A stretch of 64,000 bases of DNA, from NCBI GenBank assembly GCA_016748015.1, contig JAAOMT010000723.1:222351-286350 (forward strand), read 5' to 3'. The notes beneath the pieces were generated by a model. That model saw nothing but the letters and a program-made list of their open reading frames with translations. It had not been told where the DNA came from and ran no database searches. The position numbers were made by a program, and so were the translations under genes. This document shows positions 12,541-23,662 of this stretch, in pieces; the stretch's first letter is position 1, and the number at the start of each line of letters is the position of its first letter. This DNA comes from Geosiphon pyriformis uo1. Its lineage: Eukaryota > Fungi > Glomeromycota.

Positions 12541-15052
12541 GCCATGAATGTTTCAATGAGGAGTTTTTCCTCTTCCGGTTCGAATTCAAAAGCTGGGGTT
12601 TTTTCAGAGCATTTGTTGAATGTATTACAAGTGGCAAGTACCCGGGCGTGTTGTCCTTGGTAGGAGATTGTTAACTCTTGTGTTTCCCAATTCAGATTAG
12701 TATTGGCTTTTTGAAGCCAATCATTTCTGACGAGAGCTTGGTACTAGGATGCATCCATTACAAGAACTTTGACTGGAATGGTGATTCCATTAAGAGTGAA
12801 CGGAAAATTGTCAATTTCTCTTACTGAGGTCTTTTTCATGCCATCAGCAGTGACGATTACTGTTTGAGCTGGTCAGTCGACATTTCTCTTTAACTGTTGC
12901 ATTAACTGGTAGGTGATAATGCTTCCAGCAGATTCACTGTCTAGGATCAAGCGAATTGTCTTTTCTTCGACTTTTGTTTCAGTGTACATAGCTGTGATTG
13001 TTTTTTGTTCATTGGCGGCTGCATTGCTAAGCAGGAATGGTAACTCATTTGCTTCTAACTCAAAAGGGAATATATCTGAAAGGTTAGCATTTTCAGCAAT
13101 TCTGGCTGGTGGGATTGTGGTGGGAGTATAAGAAAGGTTTTGTTGTTGTGTTGCAGCTCTACCTTCTAAGGGTGCAGTATGGTGAAAATCCTGTTCTTCT
13201 GGCATTGTTAAATAACTGGGTTGAGTGTGGTAGTGGTTGGGTCTTGGTTAAATGGAATTTTGGAGAACCAATTGGTTGTTTGAACTGATTCTATTGTTGT
13301 TTACTTGGTATCAGTTTTGTGGTGTGAATTGATTTTGTGTGATTAGTCTTCGAGCAGGTACTTGATAATATTGTGTGTGTAGTTGTTGGTATTGCTGTTA
13401 GATTGGCTGTGAGACAGACTGATAATAGTTATTTTGGTATTGGGGTCTTGGTAGATAGTAAGCTGGTGGTAGTGGTTGATAATAAGATTGCTGTGGTGGA
13501 GGGTAACGTTGATTACTCCTATTTTGTTGGTCTCGTTGTAGCTTTCTGCAATCTTTTTTCCAGTGACCAGAGATTCCACAGTAATGGCAATTCTGAGGCT
13601 GGTTATTGGAAAGTGATACAAAGTTATTTTGATTTCATCTTTGGGGTGATTGATATCTTTGGGGTTGCTGTTGTTGTTGATTGGTGAAATAGTTTTCAAC
13701 CTTCTTTGTAAGTTGGTCAATTTTTTCCTCAGCTGCTAAGCTGGTTTTTCCAATTGCCAAATTTACAAGTTTTGTGCGATTGGCCTCTTCCATGGCCATT
13801 TTGTATCTTTTCACATGCTGTGTGGCAGAGTTTAAATCTTCTGGCACATGTGGGCAAACTTTTTTAATTAGTTTATCTTTTAGACCAGCAATAAATTGAT
13901 CCAAGATTTGAGTATTGGAATAATAATTATTTGTTTCAAGTTGGTGAATTTGTCTGAGAAGTTTGTTGAATTTCCCAATATAAGTCATAACAGATTCGAA
14001 GGGTTCTTGTTTGATATTTTGAAAACAATTGTGAAGGGTAATGGAGGTATTATTGTTGGTAAACTGTTCAAGAAAAGCTGCTTTGAAAGTGTTCCAATCA
14101 TTGAATAGGGCAGCCAAGTTTTCAAACCATTCTCCTGCTGTTCTTTTGAGAAAATAGAGAATTGTTCTTAACATTCTGGCAGCATTCCATCTATTTGCAT
14201 CTCCAGCTTTAGTAACTTGGTCAAGCCATTCTTGGGGACTGGTCTCAATGTCTTCTCCATTAAATTCAGAGATTTTTGCGATGTATGTTGTCATTTTGTG
14301 TTCTTCATTTTCACTGTTTATTGATTTTTTTTCAGATATTTCAAAGTCATTTTCTTTGTTTGCTGCTGTCTTAGAGTGTTCACTTTGATTTTCAGCCAGA
14401 AAGTCAAGGAGATTGGAACTAGTTTGAAGGGGTTCTTGTTGTCTGATGGGACTTCTGAGTGATGTAAAATCTTCTGGTCTTGCAAATCAATTTAAGGGTG
14501 AATTAGGTGTTTGTGCTTGTGCAAGTGAAGCTAAAAAAAGTGTAATAGTAAGTAGAAGTTTTGAACTGGTTCTTTGTTCAGGTGTTTGTAAATGGTTGGC
14601 AGTTGTTTTTGGTAGTGTTAGAGTATTTGGGGTGGTTTTTGAGTATTGCTTCAATTTGTTTTTGCCTTTGTTGCTTGTTTCTGTTTCCGATTCAAAATCA
14701 ATAGAGTATTAAGACTGCACTGGATATGTTTCTTCACAGTATTTGATAATGTTAAAATTAAGTTTGTGAAAGTAAGTGGCAAGTGTTTCACTGTTAAGGT
14801 CTTCAGTTCCCAACTGTGAATAGTGTGCTAAATTATTGTAAAGGTTGCTTCTAACTTCTGAGATATTGTAATTTCCAAAAAGATAATTGTTGATGCGGTT
14901 TTCAATGTATTGGTATACTGATTTCTTGACAACTTTAATTCCATCTGGAATGTTGAATCTTTGCTTGCAGTGGGTGTAAATTGATTGGTAATACTCTAGA
15001 GTTGTTGCATCTGGTGTGGTCGCCACTTTGAATTTTGTTGTTGCTGTGTTAT

Positions 15053-15070
15053 TTTTGTGAAAGAGCACCA
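15053..15070 (-). promoter_or_regulatory. Gypsy-1 primer-binding site
   Basis: The minus strand reads TGGTGCTCTTTCACAAAA, 2 nt after the 5' LTR end. It is a decayed version of the copy-2 PBS. Confidence 0.85.
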
Positions 15071-15072
15071 AA

Positions 15073-16053
15073 TGTTACCAGAGATTTTTGGTCTCTTTTC
15101 TTAAATGTTGTTAATGTTAATTTGTTGTGAATTCACGTTTCCAGGAAGTAATTGAATCTCCAGTAATTGAATTTATCTTCAAATTATCTCCTATAATTTG
15201 AACTTGCTGGACTTATGAGTGGAATAGCCAATTCCATGCCAGTTGCTTTATGTAGTTACATTGTAGTAAACGTCAACTCTTTCCCAAAAATTGCTCATCT
15301 GAGAGCTCACTAAAAATGTGTAATTACTTTGCTGTAAAAGTCAACTCTTCTACAGGAATCTTGTCTGTAAGCTATCTTAATAATTGTAATAAGAAAAGAA
15401 AAAAAATAAAAGAAATGTAAAAGAAATAAAATTTTGTTAAGAGAAATGTTTTCTATCCAGGCCTGGAGTCACTAACAGTTTACTGAAATTGATAGCTAAT
15501 CAATTTCAAAATGTTAGTTGGGTTTTGAGGATTTTCCAAGTGCAATAATTTAAAGAATTTGGTTTTTTGAATTATTTAATATTTATTTCTTTTTGTGTGT
15601 GTGTAGGAATGGTTCTAAGTGATAAATCTAAAGTAAGATACATTTTCTCAAAGAGAAATGCTCTTCTTTTATACAACTTGTTATAACACTATTCTATGAA
15701 CTTGAACTTTGCTATTTTCTACAATTTTGCTGAACTAAAGATACATTTCAGCAAACTACAAGTTATTTCTACAAACTATTAGATATTTCGGTGAACTATC
15801 AATTATTTCTACAAATTTCTACAAATTTCGGCGAACTTTTGAATATTACATAGTTTGGAGTATTGCATAATTTGATCATCGCAATTAGATTACATTTGTG
15901 TTGTATATAAATTGGGTTATTAATTAAATGATAATTTCGGACATTTTGCTAATGTAATAAGTGATAATTTGAAACAATAATATATGCTAATTAATGATAG
16001 GATTTATAAGATAATTTCATGCTAAATAATATCTTTAATTTCGTCTGGTAACA
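15073..16053 (-). repeat. Gypsy-1 5' LTR (981 bp)
   Basis: Near-identical to 5725-6705 and adjacent to the PBS. Confidence 0.95.
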
Positions 16054-16725
16054 GCATGTAAACAGTTTGGTCATGTTTCTGGTGCCTGTTCTGTGGGTAA
16101 GAATTCTGGTGGTCATGGCAAGTGTGTAGTTACCTCTCAAGATCAGATTTGTCTGGCTAATATATATAGGAAAAAGCACGTTCCCATTACCCATCCAGTT
16201 TCCTTTGGTGGTAAAACATGGGCCCAGATTACTAGCAACTCTCCCTTTTGTGTGACTTCTTTAGTTGCTTCTGGTGTTGGTTTAATTCTGGATGTAAAAC
16301 CTCTTTTAATGGCCTCTGGGTCTCTTGATATTTCTGATTTGGGTAATTGTTTGGCATTTTTGGAATGCTCTTTAGAGCTCTTAGCCAATTAGATTTCCAG
16401 TATTGTGAAAAAACTGAGTTTTATTGAATTGGTGCCATTAACGTCTCCTTCTTGTGTTTTTCCTCTGGCTGTTTCTACACCTGTGGGTTCAGTTGGAGAT
16501 TCAGATATGGCTCTGGATGGTGGATTGACTTTGTTTGTCTCCTCTTTTTCTGGTGCTAATAAATCTACTGTTGTTCTTAGTTCTAGCAGCTCGAAGGTTC
16601 TTACCTCTAAAGTAGGTTTGGAATCTAAGATGTCTGCTCTGGAGGCTTCTATTGGTTCAGTTCTGGTGAGATTGGATCTCTTGTGTTCTAATTCAAGTTC
16701 TTCCATTCATTCTCCATCTCAATGA
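16054..16725 (+). pseudogene. LINE-A ORF1, 3' part (rest of zinc knuckle and coiled-coil-like tail)
   Basis: Resumes as ACKQFGHVSGAC, completing the C-x2-C-x4-H-x4-C knuckle broken at 5724. Homologous to LINE-B CEKCGKFGHSALKC. Confidence 0.87.
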
Positions 16726-19700
16726 GCAATTTGGTTTGGAAATTTGCAACGTGCAATGTTTAAGGTATCAATGTTCCTGCTAAGCAAGCAGACATTGTTC
16801 ATTGGCATGTAAGTTCTGGAAATATGGTTTTTTTTGTTACTAAAACAAAGTTGAGGTCCTCTGCTGGGCCATGGATCAAGGATAAGTTTGATGGGATTCG
16901 GATTTTTACTTCTGGTTTGGATGTTGGTCATCTTGGTACTGGTATTGCTGTAATTATGAACAATTCTTTGGCTCGCCATGTTTCTAAGGTTGATGAGATT
17001 CCTGGTCAGGTTGTCTCTGTGCAACTGTTGTTTAAAAGCAAGTTCTCAGTAACTGTGCTCGGTTTGTATGCTGGTGTTTTTTCTGGTGTTTATTTCAGTT
17101 AGGCATCTGAGATTAATTCTATTATTGTTAAGACTGTTAATACCAGCACTTTTATCATATTGGGTGGAGATTTCAATAAAAGTAGGTCTGGGAGGAGTGC
17201 AAGTTTCAGGTTTTGCTTGGGTCTGGGTCTGGTTAATTCTTTTACTGGCCATCATTTGGCTGGGGTGCCTACATAGCACAATTCAAGGGGAGTTAAAAAG
17301 ACTATCAATTACATTTTAGTTGGTGAAAATCTGTTTTTCACTGTTGCTAAGCATTGTATTGGGCCTGTTTCTGAATTTTTTGATACAGATCACAGTGCTA
17401 TTATGGTGTTGGTTGGTTTGGGTGGGCTCTTGGATGTTTGGTTAAATAGTTTGCGCAAGCAGACTAACAAAGATTGTTGGAAGTTCAGGATTAAGAATGC
17501 AGATGTTGCCAAGTGGACTAAGTTTAAGAATTGTGTTTCAACTAGGCTTTAGTTGGTCGGAGACCTCTTTTCTGATGCCAAAGCTGGTGGTGATTTGGAT
17601 ACTATGTGGGCAATTTTGGAAAAAGAAATGATTGATTTAGCTGATGAGGTTTTCTCGAGACATTGGTTTAGTGAATTTTAATGCTCTAGAAATAGGCATT
17701 CTTTAAAGTTCTTTGGGTTTGAGTTGCTTATTTCCAAGATTGTTAGTAAGGTTTGTTCTGATGACATGCTTGGAGTTAATTGTCTTGTAAGAAAATGGTT
17801 CACTTTGGACAAGACCAAAGCTTGTGTTTTCTCTGACTTGGTTATCTTGGGTGGGGATAGTGTGGTTCTTCTTAAACACTTGTTATTAGTTCACAAAGAG
17901 TATAGGAGATCAAAAATGTTTGAGTCAAGGTTGGCTGAAGAGGCGTCTATTTGGAATGCTATAGACAAGTGTATGGAGAGTTTTGCTTCTAATAAAGGTG
18001 GCATAATCAGAAGTGTTTTGAACTGGTCTTTTTGCAAGATGGTCTTTGATCATTTGGTGGTTGATAGTAACTTGGTTTTAGAGCCCAAGGAGATGAAATC
18101 TAAGGTAGATAAAATCATGGTGGGGTGGACAAGGGTGTGCACTATACCTTCATTGTTGCCTGATCACTGGGTCTGCCAGTACATGCCATTGGATTATGTA
18201 AGAGACGAGGCTTTTTCTGGTGTTATAAAGGAAATTGGTATGGAGAATTGCTTTTGATGGTGGGTGGTCTGCCTAATGGCAAAGCCACTGGCCTGTCTGG
18301 TATTCCTAATGAACTGTAGAAGCATGGTGGTGAGATGGCTTTGAGTTGTCTATTGACTTTGCTAAATGCTTGCTTGTCTGCTGGCAGGGTGCCTGTTTCT
18401 TGGCAAAAGACTTGAGTGTTAATGATTCCTAAGCCATATGATTGGGATGGTGTTCTTAGAAACATGTGTTCTATTGCTCTAATTAAAACTACCAGGAAGA
18501 TTTTTTCTAAAGTTTTGTCTGATTGGATTTTATTTGCATGTAGTAAGTTTGGTGTTTTCCGTGGTGACAATTTTTTGGTATTGAAGAGCACGTCCACACA
18601 GTCTCTAGTGTTTACTGTTGGGGCAGTTGTAGAGGACACTTTCGAGAAGAATAGGGAACTTTGGCTGGTTCTGCAGGACATGTGAAAAGCATATGATTCT
18701 GTTGGATGGCATTATTTGAGGGCTAATTTACGAAGAATTAAGATGTGCGACAAGTTCATTGAATTTTTTAGTAATATACATGAGGATAGGTTCAACAAAG
18801 TGATAACTGATTTTGGTCTCTCTGATGGATATCGTGTTTGCAATGGTTTAGATTAAGGTGAAGTCTTCTCACCACTTTTGTGAAGAATTTTTTATGATCT
18901 GCTTCTATGTAAGGTCAAGAGACATTAACAGTTTTTTGGATACTGGATATGTTCCAAGTTTGTTTCAAAATCAAGTCAGATTGAGAGCAGTGGTAGGTTG
19001 TTTTCTTATTTTGTGGCTGGTGCTTTTGTTGATAATACGATTTAGGTTAGGAACTGTCAAGCTGCTATTCAGAATATTTTGGACATTGTAAGTGAGTTTT
19101 TTGTTGTCAATGATATTTTCATCAACAATAAGAAGACCATGGCCATTCCAATCAATCCGGGTGTTAAAGTTGCTTCTTTGAGTATTAGTAGTTTGCCTAT
19201 TTCAATAGCCAAAAAGGATGAAGCTTATCGTTATCTGAGAATTTTTTTGTCTACTGAAAGACTTTCAAAGTTGAGCATAGCCAAGGCTTATTCTGATGTT
19301 CATTTCTTTGTTAATGTGGTTCTCAGAAAGGCTATTACTGATAAACAGTTTTTGTATTTGGTGTCAGCCATCTTGTAGCCTATTGTTAGCTATCATATTC
19401 AGTTCAATTTTGTTTCATTGAATATTTACTGCAAATGGGATGTGATATTGAGGAAGAGTCTTAAGTCTAAGACTGGTTTATTTTGTGATTTCCCCAGTGA
19501 AGCTCTGTGTTATCTGTCTTTATATGGCCTAAAGTCTTTTGAGCAGATACAGTCCGAAGGGAAGTTGGCTGCCTTGATTTTATTTTCCAATTCTTTCAAA
19601 GTGCTTGGCCAATTGTTTAAGCACAGGTGTCTTAATTTGCAGGTTCTGGTCTCCTTTGAACCCTTTGCAGTTTTCTGTTAAGTTGCATGTTAGTCTTATA

Positions 19701-21407
19701 AACAATTTTCTGGCTGGTGTGGTTAAGATTTTTTTGTGCAATAAGTTGTCTTTGTCGAATGGCTTGTCCAATGCATTTCGCAGTCCTGGTAGTTTTTCTG
19801 TGTCTTCTATTCTAAAGAGTTCTCTGCACTTTAATTCTGTTCATTTATTGATGCGTTTTGGTATGGTTTTTGGTGATAAGTTGTTTGATAAAAAGGAACG
19901 TGTTATAAGTTGGGTGACTTTTAAACGCTAGAAGAGATTGAATCCAAGGAGTCCTGTTCCTTACTGGTTTAGTGTTGTGTCTGATTTTTTTTGTGATGCT
20001 GGCGTTTCATTGGCCAGTTCTGTAAGATCTATTTGTGTTTCTGGTTTGAACGTTCTGGATTTTGAGAATTTTTCTGTGATTCTTGGTGGGTTGCATAAGA
20101 TCTGGTCTGACTCATTTAAAGTCTTTACAGATGGCTCATTAAAAAATTTTGGTCATGCTAATGTTGCTGGTAGTGCGGCTGCTTATTTTCTTACTATTGA
20201 TTTGAGTATTGGTGTTAGGGTTCATGGTCTGCTGTCTTCTACTATGGCCAAACTGCAAGCCATTGCTTTGTCTTTGGAGTGTGTTCTATTTTTTTGTACA
20301 GTAGTCATGCATACTAACAGCCAGGCAGCTATTGATGCATGCATTTCTGAGATGTCATTGTCTGTGCCTGATTTTTGCTCCTTTTGTTGGTTGGAAAGAT
20401 GCCAGATTTTTAATTTGATTCATGAAAAGGATCTTTTTGTACAGTAGGTTAAGGTTAAGGAACATTCTGAGATTCTTGGCAATGTTAAGACTGATCTTGC
20501 TGCTGGTAACACTGCTTTTTCTTATCTGTCTTTGCCTGTCAGTATCTGGGAGTGATTTTTGGTAGCTAAGGGCACATCAGTGTCTGACAACACTCGTCAT
20601 TTTGTTTGGAATTTGTATAGATCTATTTGTCATGCATGATGGGAAGTGAGACCTGGCTGTGATGTGATTCCTGAGGTGCTAATTAAGGCTGTAGATTGGA
20701 GTGCTACCACTAGGGTGTGACATCTTGATTCACATATGCTTGCTGGTTTTACTAGTCGGAAGTCTTCCTGTCTTCACATGTACCTGATGAAGGCTGTACA
20801 TTGACAGCTTTCTGTGGCAGTTAGAAAATGGTTATATGATAGGTTTTACCCTGGTGTGCTATGCTTACTGTGTTGTGAGATGGAGTTACCAGATCATGTT
20901 TTTATGTGTTTTTATGATGTGGAGATTCATGGGGAAGTTTTGGCTGTGGTGTCTGTGGATTGGCTTTCCATGGTCAGTTCTTATGGCTCGTTGTCTTCTG
21001 CTGTTTTGTGATCTCTTGGTCAGTGTTCTGTGGATGTTGAATTGTATTCGGTCTTATGTAAGGGGTTTGTGCTGAGGGAATGGTGTGCTGAAGCTGTGAG
21101 AATTTTTGATGATAGAAAGGAGGCTGTCAATGCTGTGGTTGGCTTTGTTAAGTGTTTAGTTGAGCTGCATTGCTCTAAGATTTGGTTAGTAAGGTTGGTG
21201 TTTAGAGTGAGAATGGAGAAAGCTGGTTTGGTTGAGGATGACAGTTTGTTTTCAGGTTTGTCTCGCTGCTTGGGTTTTTTGTTGTCTGATAAGGTAGTAA
21301 GGATGCTTGGTGTTGCTGGCTCTTTTGCTGTTAGTTTTGGCTGTCACAAGTCTTGTCTTTTTTTCTCTGGTTTGGATGGTAGTCTGTGTGTTAGTATTAG
21401 TATGTAG
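16722..21407 (+). pseudogene. LINE-A ORF2: APE endonuclease, RT, RNase H, C-terminal Cys/His motif
   Basis: APE FATCNVxGIN..LGGDFN..TDH; RT LVLQDMxKAYDSV..QGEVFSP..AFVD; RNase H VFTDGS..KLQAI..TNSQAAI; C-terminal CLLC..ELPDHVFMC. Many transition-derived stops. Confidence 0.92.
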
Positions 21408-21544
21408 TGTTGCCTTGTCTGGCCTGAGTGGCTAGTTACATGTAGAAAAATGCATGAGCTGCATTTAGTTTAAGCTTCTTAGTTTGGTTCTATGTACTAG
21501 ATAGTGGTTGGACTTTACTCATTAAAAGCATAATAAAAAAAAAA
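21408..21544 (+). promoter_or_regulatory. LINE-A 3' UTR with conserved stem-loop and A-tail
   Basis: Alignable with the LINE-B 3' UTR (21878-22019, minus strand). Hairpin at 21428-21462. Confidence 0.7.
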
Positions 21545-22019
21545 TTACAAAGTTTGTTATATTTTATATTTATTGTTATTTTTTTAAAAAAAAATATATA
21601 AGAATATCAAAATTTAAGTTAAATTTTGTTAATTATAATAATATTTTGCTATTTATTTTAAAAAATCAAATTATATTAATTTTGTTTTTGTTTATTAAAT
21701 AGTTTTAATAAAAAAAAAATAATTGTCATAAAAAATGTTTTTAAGATTAAATTAATTAATTTTTTAGCTATGTAATTTTTAAAATTTAAAATTTAATTAT
21801 TTAAATATATAATTATGCATATTTTATTTTTTTAATTATCTAAGTTTATATTATTATTATTTCAAATTTTAAAAAACTTTTATTTTTTTATTTATTTATT
21901 AGGTTTAACAAGTACAGCCCAACCACTACCTAATTATATAAAAACCAACAAGTCTTATATTAAGTATGGCTTATGTATTTTTCACATGTGACCAGCTACT
22001 CAAGCCAGTCAAGACAACA

Positions 22020-22682
22020 CTACACACCAAGAACACTAGCTATAGGGAAATTATGTAGAAAACCAAACTGCACACTATTCAAATGAGGATGGAGACCGAA
22101 ACATATATGTATACCTAACTTAATCCCCAAGGTATAAATCATGCCACAGGACCAAACTGAAGACAAACCAGTTACTAATGGGACAATAGATCCATCATGT
22201 GGCAAAAGACCATGCTTTTTATAATGGGCTCTTAGTTTGGCCCTTGGCAGCCATATACTAGATCTGTAATTCTCAGCAAAATGATAAACCAGATCAACCA
22301 TCAGGGATTCACTATTTGACTTAATCCCCAAAAACTGCTTTGCCTTAGCCACCCAGTCCTTAAACACGAAACCTTTAGACAAAGACATATACAAACAATC
22401 TGAGTTTGCTGTCTCATGAAGCAAGCAAACCATCACATCACAGATGGCATGCGCACTCAACAAAATCATCCAATCTGTGATGGCTTCTAATATTAAGTCA
22501 TTATGAGTGTTGACATTGAAAACACAAACAAATGTGTAATCTGAATTTTCTAAAAGTCTACAATAAATGCACAACACACTAGGATAACCTGGATTATATA
22601 ATTTTTTTCTCTTGGCCACAGACAACTGATGGTGCAAGACTTTTATGAAATACAAATGGAGCATCACAGAAGCAGAACTCAT
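22020..22682 (-). pseudogene. LINE-B ORF2 C-terminal part
   Basis: YFIKVLHHQLSVAKRKKLY..CIYC..ENSDY..C aligns with the LINE-A ORF2 C-terminus at 20780-21407. Confidence 0.88.
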
Positions 22683-23661
22683 TGTTACCAGACAAAATTA
22701 GAGATATTATTTAGCATGAAATTATCTTATAATTCCTATTATTAGCATATGTTATCATTTCAAATGATCACTTATTACATTAGCAAAAATGTCCGAAATT
22801 ATCATTTAATCAATAACCCAAATTGTACACAACACAAATGTAACCTAATTGTGATGATCAATCATGCAATACCCCAAACTATGTAACATTCAGAAGTTTG
22901 CCAAAATTTGTAGAAATTCGCTGAAATAATTGATAGTTCACCGAAATATCTAATAGTTTGCCAAAATAACTTGTAGTTCGCCGAAATGTATCTTTAGTTC
23001 AGCAAAATTGTAGAAAATAGCAAAGTTCAAATTTATAGAATAGTGTTACAACAAGTTGTATAAAAAAAGAGCTTTTCTTTTCGAGAAAATATATCTTACT
23101 TTAGATTTATCTCTTAAAACCGTTCTTATACACACAAAAAGAAATAAATATCAAATAAATTCAAAAAACCAAATTCTTTAATTATTGTACTTGGAAAATC
23201 CCCAAAACCCAACTAACATTTCGAAATTGATTAGCTACCAATTTCAGTAAACTGTTAGTGACTCCAGGCCTGAATAGAAAACGTTTCTCTTGACAAAATT
23301 CTATTTCTGTTACATTTCTTTTATTTTCTTTTATTTTTTTTATTACAATTATTAGAGTAGCCTACAGACAAGATTCCTGTAGAAGAGTTGACTTTCACAG
23401 CAAAGTAACTACACATTTTTAGTGAGCTTCCAGACGAGCAATTCCTGGGAAAGAGTTGACATTTACTACAACATAACTACATAAAGCAACTGGCATGGAA
23501 TTGGCCATTTCACTTATAAGCCCAGCAAGTTCAAATTATAGGAGATAATTTGAAGTTAAAAATTCAGTTACTGGAGGTTTAACCACATCCAGAAAACGTG
23601 AATTCACAGCAAATAAGTATCAACAACATTACAGAAAAGAGACCAAAAACCTCTGGTAACA
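22683..23661 (+). repeat. Gypsy-2 5' LTR (979 bp)
   Basis: TGTTACCAGA...TCTGGTAACA ends. Internal AGTTCGCCGAAAT-type repeats and TATAAAA at 23059-23065. Confidence 0.95.
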
Positions 23662-23662
23662 T

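Larger units (their letters stand above)
8936..15071 (-). pseudogene. Gypsy-1 gag-PR-(Zn fingers)-dUTPase-RT-RNase H polyprotein, decayed
   Basis: Gag SPQEWLDQ..GEWFENL, protease IRLILDSESAGSII, dUTPase AGYDL, RT LDLESGYWQ..YLDD, RNase H TDASYTAFGAILSQ..IAYASR. Confidence 0.92.
5725..16053 (-). mobile_element. Gypsy-1: full-length Ty3/Gypsy LTR retrotransposon (dUTPase-containing), decayed
   Basis: Paired 981-bp LTRs with TGTTACCAGA...TCTGGTAACA ends, PBS, PPT, and PR-RT-RH-IN domain order. Confidence 0.96.
4330..21544 (+). mobile_element. LINE-A: full-length decayed non-LTR retrotransposon (ORF1 plus APE-RT-RNase H ORF2), interrupted by Gypsy-1
   Basis: ORF1 starts at 4451, ORF2 spans 16722-21407, followed by a 3' UTR and an A-tail at about 21535-21544. 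The 5' boundary is approximate. Confidence 0.9.

Noticed and set aside
4300-21560. Target-site duplications for the LINEs
   Set aside because: The flanks are too AT-rich and decayed to identify a unique duplication.
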